Shown piece after piece: positions 28,899 through 37,100 of a DNA stretch of 64,000 nucleotides. Source of the DNA: a virus; the IMG/VR virus record IMGVR_UViG_3300037307_000721; one strand, 5' to 3'. Made by a program: the position numbers and the translations under genes. The first letter of the stretch is position 1. Each line of letters begins with the position of its first letter. The notes beneath the pieces were generated by a model. That model ran no database searches. It was not told where the DNA came from and worked only from the letters and a program-made list of their open reading frames with translations.

Positions 28899-29959
28899 TA
28901 GCCGGCCACCCCCACGTGCGGAGGCCGGCAGTAACCGAGGAGGATGTTGTCGAGCCGCGGATCACCCGTCAGGCTCGAGCCCGGATCGCCCGCTGAGCCT
29001 GACGTGTCGAACTGAATCTGCTGGTCACGGGTCTTGGCCATCTTGACGCGACCCGGATTTTGCAGCATGGGATCGAGGCCCAACGGGTCCTGGAGCTGGC
29101 GGTAGGCCAGTCCCAGGATCACCTCTTGGAGCTGCAACGGCACCTGGCCGAACGGGCCACCGTCGGGATCGGTGTAGCCGAACACGCCAGTGATGAGCAC
29201 GTTCTTCGCACCCTCCGGGAATCGCGACACCGTCGGAAGTTCGCCCTCGGGCGTCGAGCCCACGAGCTGGATCTTCGGGTTGTCGCGATCGTCCGGGGAC
29301 AGAAGGTGCGTCAGATGACGATTGAAGATGCGCACCATCGAGATGTCGAGCTGGTAATCGGTCGGCGTCGTCACGTACAAACCGGAGATCTCCAGCGAGA
29401 TGGCGCCAACGCCGACGATGGGCTCGTCCAGCCAGACCTGGGAGCTGTCCGGACGCACGGTGTGCTTGATCGTCATGTACCGCGGGAAGAAGAACCGACC
29501 CGTGAGCCTCTCCACGTTTCGCGACGCGACCTCGATCGCCTTCTGCCGCTGCTCGAGAGAGAAATCCTCGAAGGCCTCGTGGTCCGAGCCCAGATAGGCC
29601 ACGTAGCGAGAGCTCACGCGGAAGTACTTCGGGTTGAGCACCTCGAAGCGGTACGCCGTGGAGACCTCCGCATCCGAGGACTCAGCCTTGTAGTACCAGA
29701 CGATCTCGTACGGTCCTGGGTCGAGACCCAAGGCCGCGGGGTCAAGCGGCGCGACGTAGTAGCCCAGCGCCTTGTGGTTGCCGCCGTGCTCGCACGGGTC
29801 GAGGTTCACCGTGGCCTCGTGGACCTTCACGCCAGAGCTCACGAAGTAGACCTCGAAGCGCAGAGCGGCAACGTCCTCGAGAAATCCGTCTTGCTGGTAG
29901 AAGAACGGGAGGAGTGGATTGGCGCAGGAGGATGCCTCTCCCTTCACGATGCCGGGCAT
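28898..29959 (-). CDS. Head-tail adaptor/connector protein
   Basis: AIEVASRNVERLTGRFF, FPEGAKNVLITGVFGYT, VPLQLQEVIL. Confidence 0.78.
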   Translation of the reverse strand: MPGIVKGEASSCANPLLPFFYQQDGFLEDVAALRFEVYFVSSGVKVHEATVNLDPCEHGGNHKALGYYVAPLDPAALGLDPGPYEIVWYYKAESSDAEVSTAYRFEVLNPKYFRVSSRYVAYLGSDHEAFEDFSLEQRQKAIEVASRNVERLTGRFFFPRYMTIKHTVRPDSSQVWLDEPIVGVGAISLEISGLYVTTPTDYQLDISMVRIFNRHLTHLLSPDDRDNPKIQLVGSTPEGELPTVSRFPEGAKNVLITGVFGYTDPDGGPFGQVPLQLQEVILGLAYRQLQDPLGLDPMLQNPGRVKMAKTRDQQIQFDTSGSAGDPGSSLTGDPRLDNILLGYCRPPHVGVAG

Positions 29960-30325
29960 CTATCCCTCCCGCGGGCAGGTCGATCGGATGGCCTTCTTCA
30001 GACGTCGCACGCAGTCCGCGAACTTCGCGCAGTCGGAGTTGGTGTAGCCCACGGACATCTTCTCGATGTCCTCCTTCGAGCCTTGGAAGGTGAACACGTA
30101 CTTCGGCGGCTGACCGTTTCGCTTCGGCCGCTCCTCCACCATGTCGGCCACGGGCAGGCCCGACATGAGGCAGTAGGCGGCAAAGTCGAGGTCGAAGACC
30201 TCGATCAGCCCATCGTCGTGCAGGCGATAGGCGAGGCTGTAGCTCAGCAGCTGGCGCTGCGACCGAGGGGTCCCGGGCCCTCGGTTTCGATACGGCATAT
30301 CCTGTGGCATGGGCTGCATGCTCAC
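29960..30325 (-). CDS. Hypothetical protein (small winged-helix/DUF5659-like)
   Basis: FDLDFAAYCLMSG...KYVFTF pattern. Start uncertain. Confidence 0.55.
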   Translation of the reverse strand: MSMQPMPQDMPYRNRGPGTPRSQRQLLSYSLAYRLHDDGLIEVFDLDFAAYCLMSGLPVADMVEERPKRNGQPPKYVFTFQGSKEDIEKMSVGYTNSDCAKFADCVRRLKKAIRSTCPREG

Positions 30326-30843
30326 TCGTCGTCGGAGCTCGGGATGTCGCTCGTGGTCAACGCGCCGGAGTCCGACCGCTCGGCCGTCGCTGCCCGCTCG
30401 GCCTTCGCCGCCCGCCGACCGCCGGACCGGGACGAGGGGATGGCCGCGGCGCGATCCGGAACGTCCGTCTTGACCGTCGACGCCGAGATGGGCGGCGGGG
30501 TCTTCGGCGGCTCGACCAGACTCACCGTGGGTGGCTCCGCGAACTGCTTGGGCAGCGTCACGGTCGCGGCCACGGCGCCGATGGCGGCCAGGTACTTCTC
30601 CTGCTCACCCCGCTCGAGACGGAGCTTGGTGTCCTTGTCGCAGACCTGGAACAGCGTCGGGCTCCGCGGGTTCCCGTCGATCTGGAAGAGCTTGCTGAGC
30701 TCCTCGGCCAGCTGGGCCGGAACCTCGTACCAGGTTGGGCGCTCGCCACCGCGAAAGGAGAACTCCCGGTAGCTGTAGCCCTGCACCGTGCACCCCTGCT
30801 TGGGGTTCACCGGCTGCAGGCGGACGAACATGGTCTTGCTCAT
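30322..30843 (-). CDS. Hypothetical head-associated protein with Pro-rich tail
   Basis: 173 aa, GAGGT SD, operon context. Confidence 0.65.
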   Translation of the reverse strand: MSKTMFVRLQPVNPKQGCTVQGYSYREFSFRGGERPTWYEVPAQLAEELSKLFQIDGNPRSPTLFQVCDKDTKLRLERGEQEKYLAAIGAVAATVTLPKQFAEPPTVSLVEPPKTPPPISASTVKTDVPDRAAAIPSSRSGGRRAAKAERAATAERSDSGALTTSDIPSSDDE

Positions 30844-30865
30844 CTCTATACCTCACGATGTCAGG

Positions 30866-30896
30866 GCGGCGGGCCCGGTCGAACCGGACCCGCCGC
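30866..30896 (-). other. Stem-loop downstream of the decoration gene
   Basis: Minus strand GCGGCGGGUCCGGU UCG ACCGGGCCCGCCGC. Fully paired with one U-G wobble only on the transcribed strand. No U-tract. Confidence 0.65.
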
Positions 30897-30927
30897 TGGT
30901 TTCGATCACGTCAGCCGCGGGTGGAGC

Positions 30928-31269
30928 CTAGATGCACTCCACCCAGAGGATGACGTCGGTGGCCGCGGTCAGCGCCGTGTTGGCGATCTCGACGCCGGTC
31001 GAGCCCATGAAGAACATGAGCTTGTCGTTGGCCTGGTCGTAGACCGGGTGCAGCAGGACGACGCCGCCGGCCGCGTCCTTGAGGGGCGTGGCCAGCTTCA
31101 CGCCGACGACCGTGACGTCGCGCTGCAGAGCGGCGCGCACGAAGTCCTGGAAGTCGGCGTAGCCGCCGGCCGGGTAGGCCGCGTCGGCCTTGAAGCTGAA
31201 CATGTGAACGTCGAGGGGCGCCGAAGCCGACTTCTTCAGCTGCGTGACGGTCGGGGTTCCGAGTGCCAT
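30928..31269 (-). CDS. Putative head decoration protein
   Basis: ATG 31269 with GGAGGA SD. 113 aa, DxxYPAGG motif, directly after the capsid gene. Confidence 0.65.
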   Translation of the reverse strand: MALGTPTVTQLKKSASAPLDVHMFSFKADAAYPAGGYADFQDFVRAALQRDVTVVGVKLATPLKDAAGGVVLLHPVYDQANDKLMFFMGSTGVEIANTALTAATDVILWVECI

Positions 31270-31292
31270 GGTTCTTCCTCCGTGCAGGCGGA

Positions 31293-31322
31293 GCTCGACC
31301 GGGGCTCGCACCCCGGTCGAGC
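31293..31322. other. Perfect 12-bp stem-loop downstream of the major capsid gene
   Basis: GCTCGACCGGGG ctcgca CCCCGGTCGAGC, no U-tract. Confidence 0.7.
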
Positions 31323-31369
31323 ACTCATCCTAGTTCAAGACACGAGGCTTCTGCTCAGCGCAGCTTGGC

Positions 31370-32293
31370 CTACGCGCCCTTGATGTTGATGCCCTTCACC
31401 ACCGCGTTCGCCTCGGCCAGCTTCACGTCGAACCGGACGGTCGCGACGATGATGACCACGCCCGCGGAGATGTCCTCGTCCACCTTCAGCCGGATCTGCC
31501 GCAGCACGCCCAGGTAGATGCCCGACGGGTCCGTGAGCAGCGCCTGGGTGTTGGAGGACAGGTCCACCGGGAACTCCGGCACCGCGTTGACCGGCATGTC
31601 GGCGTACTTCGCCACGTCGGACTGCTGGAGCATCGCGTCGCCGAGGCCGGTGGCGCGGTCCGCCAGGGAGTCCTTGTAGTCGATCCGGGCCTGCCGGTTC
31701 GTGAAGTACTGCATGCCGCCCAGCATGGCGAACTCGTCCGGCATCATGCGGAGCATGTCGCGCAGGATGGTCTTGGACAGCTTCGCCCCGGAGGCGTTGA
31801 CCGACCAGACGTTCGCCTGGACCAGGATGCCGTCCAGCTTGGCCAGCACGGGGTCGGTGGAGGTGACGTCGCCGTTGATGGCCACCCACTCCATGTCGCG
31901 GCCGATGGCCGCGGAGAGCTGCTGCATGAGGGTCTCGCGGAAGACGCCGCGCTCGATCTGGTCCTCGAGGACCTCGTCGGAGAGCCGGACCTCGGCCTTG
32001 AAGAGCTGAGCGTCCAGCGTGAACATCCCGAGCGCCGGCTTGGCCCAGGCCGCCGACGGCAGGGCCGTGGCCTCCTGGCCCGCACGCAGCACGCGGGAGG
32101 CGAAGCGCATCTTGTCGCGCTCCTCCTTGAAGTTCTTCATCGGAGTGACCGTGACCATCTTGAGGAGCACGGGCTCCTTGATCGCGAGCTGGATGAACTC
32201 GCTGGCCTGCGCTGGTTGAAGCAACCCACCTGCCGCGAAGTCAGCGACCGCGATCTCGGCCTTCCGGAGGAGGGTCCTGTTTTCCGTCGACAT
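31370..32293 (-). CDS. Major capsid protein (HK97 fold, PBSX XkdG/P2-like)
   Basis: GGLLQPAQASEFI, LSDEVLEDQIE, AIGRDMEWVAINGD, ALLTDPSGIYLGVLRQIRL. AGGAGG SD. Confidence 0.93.
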   Translation of the reverse strand: MSTENRTLLRKAEIAVADFAAGGLLQPAQASEFIQLAIKEPVLLKMVTVTPMKNFKEERDKMRFASRVLRAGQEATALPSAAWAKPALGMFTLDAQLFKAEVRLSDEVLEDQIERGVFRETLMQQLSAAIGRDMEWVAINGDVTSTDPVLAKLDGILVQANVWSVNASGAKLSKTILRDMLRMMPDEFAMLGGMQYFTNRQARIDYKDSLADRATGLGDAMLQQSDVAKYADMPVNAVPEFPVDLSSNTQALLTDPSGIYLGVLRQIRLKVDEDISAGVVIIVATVRFDVKLAEANAVVKGINIKGA

Positions 32294-32352
32294 TTTGTAT
32301 CCTCCTAGATCTCTTGAGGGTAACGCCCTCTTCCTGTGACTCCCGACTGCTG

Positions 32353-33993
32353 CTAGTTGCCCTTGCTGGCGCTTGCGCGCTTGGCCAGGGCCTCGCGGTA
32401 GGCGGGCGAGTTGAAGTTGTCCGGGAACAGCGGCGGTTCGACTTCCCCGCCACCATCGGTCGAGCCCTCATCCCCGGTCGAAGCCGGCGCCTGCACGGTC
32501 CCGCGGGCCTTCGCCACGAGGGTCTGCAGCTCGCCGATCTGCTTCTGCATGGCCTCCATCTTGGCCAGGAGCTCGGCGTTGGGGTTGTCCTTCGGCGGCT
32601 CGGTGACCGGCGCGGGCTCGCCGGCGGCCGGCGGCTCGGTGACCGGCGCGGCGGTCGGGGCCGGCTCGGCCTGGACCGGAGCGGGCTCGGCCGGCGCGGC
32701 CGCCTGGGCCGGCGCCGGGGCGGGCTCGCCCTGGCCGTCGGCCTTGATCATCTTGTGCTTGGCGAGCTGCTCCTCGAAGTCGGCCAGGAAGCGATCGACG
32801 CTGAGCAGCGAGCCCAGGTCGGCGAGCTCCATGTCGCCCGACTTCTTGATGCCCGGGTACTTCTCGATGAGCCCCTGGAGCAGCGCGGTGATCGCCTTCA
32901 TCTCCTTGATGGCCCGGGCCTCGTTGAAGCCCGACAGCTGGGCCTTCTTCGAGAGGGAGAGCGCGCGCTCGGCCACCTCACGCAGCGTGACCGCGAAGCG
33001 GTTGGCGGCCTTCTCGATCTTGTCGGGCAGAGCGGCCCCCAGGGCCTCGACGGTGTTCAGCACGGCGCCCACCTCGGCGGCCACGGGCTCCGCCAGGGTC
33101 TCCACCGTCTCCTCGTCGTCGGCCACCTTCGAGACCAGGCCCAGGCGCTCGGCCACCTCGCGAAGCACGGAGACCGCGGCCTCGGCGACCTTGTCGTCGT
33201 CCGGGTCCTCGGCGCTCATCACCTCGGGCAGCGCCGCCGCGGCCTCGCTCTTGGCCACCTTGTAGTCGGTGGCGAAGGTCTTGAGCGTGCTCACCAGGTC
33301 CTTGACCTTGGCGATGGTCTCGGGGGCGACCTTGCCGCGGCCGCACTCGCCGGCGAGCGCGAGGGCGGTCTGGGCCACGCTCTTGAGCTGCTTGGCCGGC
33401 GACATCTTCTTGCCCTTGCCCTTGTCCTTCTCGTCGCCGGGAGCGCACGGCGCCGCGGCCTTGGCCGCCGGGGCCGGGTAGGACCCGTCCCCCGAACCGG
33501 GGCTGGGATACTTCTCGCAGACGCCCTTGAGCACACCGATGAGGCTCTGGGCCTCGTCGTTGAGCTTCTTGACGTCCATCTTGGCGCCCTGCTCCTCGAG
33601 AGCCTTGGCGATGGAGAGCGCCTTCTCGGCGACCTCGCGGAACGCCGCGGCGGCCGCGCCCGCCTTCTCGATGTCGACGGCCTGGGGCTCGCCGGCGCCG
33701 GTGGTGTCCTTCTGCAGCTCCGTGACCAGAGCCCCGATCTGGGTCGTCATGCTCTCCAGAGCCGCCGCAGCCCTCTCGAGCTCAGACGCCGTCTCGGGGG
33801 TGTGAAGCCCACCTTCGCCTTCGATGAGCTCCGGCCCCATGTTCTCGTTCGACATTGCGTCCTCCTTAAAGACGATGAACCTCCGCTTGTTAGCGGCTCT
33901 GTCGACTAGATCGACCTTGTAGGGTTCGATTTCACTCAGCCGTCGCTGCTTTCGACCGTCCGGCACTTTACGCGAGTCAAACGGCATCGTCAA
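32353..33993 (-). CDS. Scaffold-like protein with helical repeats; two possible in-frame starts (33993 and 33855)
   Basis: N-terminal V(D/S)LVDRAANKRRF motif of phage scaffold/protease proteins, Ala/Glu helical repeats, Pro-rich C-terminus. Directly upstream of the capsid gene. Confidence 0.8.
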   Translation of the reverse strand: MTMPFDSRKVPDGRKQRRLSEIEPYKVDLVDRAANKRRFIVFKEDAMSNENMGPELIEGEGGLHTPETASELERAAAALESMTTQIGALVTELQKDTTGAGEPQAVDIEKAGAAAAAFREVAEKALSIAKALEEQGAKMDVKKLNDEAQSLIGVLKGVCEKYPSPGSGDGSYPAPAAKAAAPCAPGDEKDKGKGKKMSPAKQLKSVAQTALALAGECGRGKVAPETIAKVKDLVSTLKTFATDYKVAKSEAAAALPEVMSAEDPDDDKVAEAAVSVLREVAERLGLVSKVADDEETVETLAEPVAAEVGAVLNTVEALGAALPDKIEKAANRFAVTLREVAERALSLSKKAQLSGFNEARAIKEMKAITALLQGLIEKYPGIKKSGDMELADLGSLLSVDRFLADFEEQLAKHKMIKADGQGEPAPAPAQAAAPAEPAPVQAEPAPTAAPVTEPPAAGEPAPVTEPPKDNPNAELLAKMEAMQKQIGELQTLVAKARGTVQAPASTGDEGSTDGGGEVEPPLFPDNFNSPAYREALAKRASASKGN

Positions 33994-34012
33994 CCACGGC
34001 CTCGTTCAGCGC

Positions 34013-34041
34013 AGTATAATAGAAGTGGAGGGACATTGCTA
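34013..34041 (-). promoter_or_regulatory. Possible sigma70-type promoter for scaffold/capsid (TAGCAA-N17-TATACT)
   Basis: Good -10, weak -35, in an AT-enriched intergenic gap. Confidence 0.4.
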
Positions 34042-34164
34042 GGGTTTCTGATTACACCAATTGGCCGAGGCCGTCAAGAACCTTCTGCGACTAATTCTAC
34101 AGATGTCGCCGACGTCGGCTAAAGCGTCCTAAGTAGTGACGCACACTGAAGAATTACACGGAGC

Positions 34165-37100
34165 CTAGTCGAGGTTGGCGGCGAGCGCGAAGCCCTCGAT
34201 GCTCCAACCGGTGAGCCGGCCATCCTTGACAGCCTGCCAGAGCGCATCGTCCAGGACGCGCGCGGCCAGGAGCCAGGTGCCCTTCTTGACGAAGTGCCCG
34301 TCGAGGTGCAAGTCCGTCGGGGCGATGTAGCTCTCCAGCACGCGGACCTTGTCCCGGGCGAGCGTGCGCTGGTGCATGAGCCCGAGACGCTGCGTCTCCT
34401 CCATGAAGTAGAACGCCGCCTTGCGCACCGATTCAGCGTCGTAGATGTCGCCCTGGCTGTCGAACTCGTCCGGGACGAGCACGACTCCGAGAACGTAGCG
34501 CTCGTCTTCCTGCTTCACGAGCTCGACCCGATGCGAGCACGCGCCGAACGACTTCGCCAGCGCGTCCGAGTACTCGTCTGCCGACTTCTTCAGCTCGCCT
34601 GAGCCGAGCATCTCGTGCACGTCCTTCAACGACGAAGGACCGCCGTCGGCCTTGTCGACGACGACGGGCGTGAAGCCACGTAGGCGCTTCTTCTCCGCGT
34701 TGGACTCGTCCCAGAGGATCTCGGTCACCTCGATTCGGATGACGTCGCCGACCTTGGCCGCGACCTTCGTGTTGAACGTGCGGCCCGCCTTCACGTAGGT
34801 CTTCCCCGCGACCTCGACGGTCTCGGCCCAGGACCCTGCCTCCTTGCCCGACACGGGGCCAACCGCATAGAAGAAGTTGTGCACACCGGGCGAACCCTTG
34901 ACCGGGTGCGCGTCCCAGATGATGCCGCGGATCTCGCGAATCATCTTGAGCTTGGCCCACGAGTCGGTCTCGCGCAGCGTGACCGTGCTCTGGCTGCTCT
35001 TGAACATGGCGCCCTCGGACCCAATGTACCGACGAGCCCATTCGATCGCCGAGCGCAGCTCCTCCTTGTTGCGGACGAGCTTGTGCGGCACGTAGACGAG
35101 CCGTGTGAAGTCGTGCCCGCGCAGGAAGTCGCGAAGCAGCGCGTTGCGCTCCTCGAGAGGCTTCGCAACCACGTTGCCCTTCTTCGGGTGGTACAGGATG
35201 TCGAACACACGCACTCTGGCGCCCTTGTCCTCGGCCGGGGTCCGGCCGCGAAAGGTGGCCAGCTCGCGACGAGGTACCGGGCCACCGCCCGGCTCGAGCG
35301 CCGTGAACTCGGCATCGAGGATGAATGGTCCGGGCAGCTTGTCGAGCTCCTCCTTCAATCCAGGGAGCTGGTCGATCATGTTGGTGATCGGCGTCTTGCG
35401 ATCCCAGATGTCCTCGGTGATCATCAGGTAGCGGCCGTCCTCGGTCTTCTGGATCGAGGAGCGGAAGCCGTTGAACTTGGGCTCGACTAGGATGCCGCTC
35501 TTGAGCATCTCCGGCGTGGCGAAATCGGTGAACAGCCTATCGAGCTCGTTGGAACGGAACTCGTTCGACTCTCTGCTCGCCGTCTTCATCGGCTTGTAGA
35601 TCGCGAAGGGGCGCAGCCGTTCGCGATCGTGAGTCTTGTCGTCGCCCGGCTTGATGGTCTTCGGATCCCACACCTGCACGTCGGCGATCTTCTTGCCCGA
35701 GGCCAAGGTGATGGTCTCGAGCTTCTCCGCCTTCTCGATGCCCGCGGGAAGCTCGTGCGTGTGACCCTCGGGCTTGTCGTGCGCGTGCCCACGCGCGGGC
35801 TTGACCTTGCGCCCGGAGATCTCGTGCGTGTGGTCGTCCGCCCGGCGCTCCGACCCCTCGCTGATGACGGTGTCGGTCGTCTTGCCATTGCCCTGCGCAT
35901 CGACATGGAAATGGTGCGCATGTCGATGGCTTCGCCCGGCCTCACCCGTCATCGGGGCCGCCGCGCGCTGCACGGGCTCGCCCACGCCCTCGCTCTTCTC
36001 CCAGATCCAGATGGAACCCTCACCAGTCTCCTTCGTCTCGGCACGAAGCACGAGCAGGCCAGAGAGGCCCTTGGGCAAGTCCTTGCCCTTGAGCTTGAAC
36101 TTCTTGAACGCCGGCCCGTCCTCGAGGAACTCGATCGAACCACGAGCCAGGACGGAGATGGACGACGGCGTGTCCTTGGTCGGATTGAGCTCGAGGCCGC
36201 CATAGGACTTGCCCGGCTCCACGTCGCCATCGAGCTTCAAGAGCTCGCCGGCGCCCGCGCCTGTCGCCATCCGATGCACACCGGAGACGCGCTGGCCCGA
36301 GCTCGGGTCCTCCAAGAGCTGGAAGTCCTCGACCTTACCTCCTCGGTCGATGAAGAGGTGGTAGAGCATCCGGCTCGGTGCGGCCCGGATGACCTGCTGG
36401 CCCTTCCAGCGCTGCCAGGACAACGTGAACGGCGCCGAGCTCACGCCCTCCGCTTTTTCTTGACAGGTGAGAGTCTCACCTGTATCGTGGATGGCGGTGG
36501 GCGGGCGAGGCATGTTGCTAGGGCTATGCCCTGTCGCCTCGGTCGGCTCGTAGAGGTAGTACTTCGTCACCACCCGGCGGAACTCGTGGTCGACCAGCTT
36601 CACGTTGCTCGGCGTGAAGAAGTGCTCGGCGACAAGGGCATCGCGAATCTGCTTGCGCTCCTTCTCGTCCTTGGCGTGCCAGTACTGGAACTCCTTGGGC
36701 ACGACGGCCTTGAGCTTGGGTGGTAGGTAGGAATAGCCCTGGGGCGGGATGCGTCCGACCTCGACGGCGCGTGGCTTGAGCACCGAAGGCACCAGGTCCT
36801 TGGCGAACATGGCGACCCAGAAGGGCACGCCCTTGGGCATCTTGCGGCCGGCCTCGACCTCGGGGTCCGAGGGCTTGCCAGCCTCGGAGACCAGGAGCCG
36901 GAAGGTGAGCAGCCCGGAGAACTTGGGGTCCTTCTCGAGGAAGTACTCGTGGAAGTAGGGCGTCCGCTCGCCCCAGGTGACCCGCGGCTCGGCGAGGATC
37001 ACCATGACGCCCGCCTCTTCGCGAGTCGCGCCCACGGTCCCGGGCTCGAAGGCTTCCTCTACGCCCAGCCATTGCTTGGGCTCGGGAGCCTTCGTGGCCG

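Noticed and set aside
36506-36514. Shared 9-mer TTGCTAGGG at 34036 and 36506
   Set aside because: The second copy has no matching -10 at promoter spacing on either strand, so it is probably coincidental.
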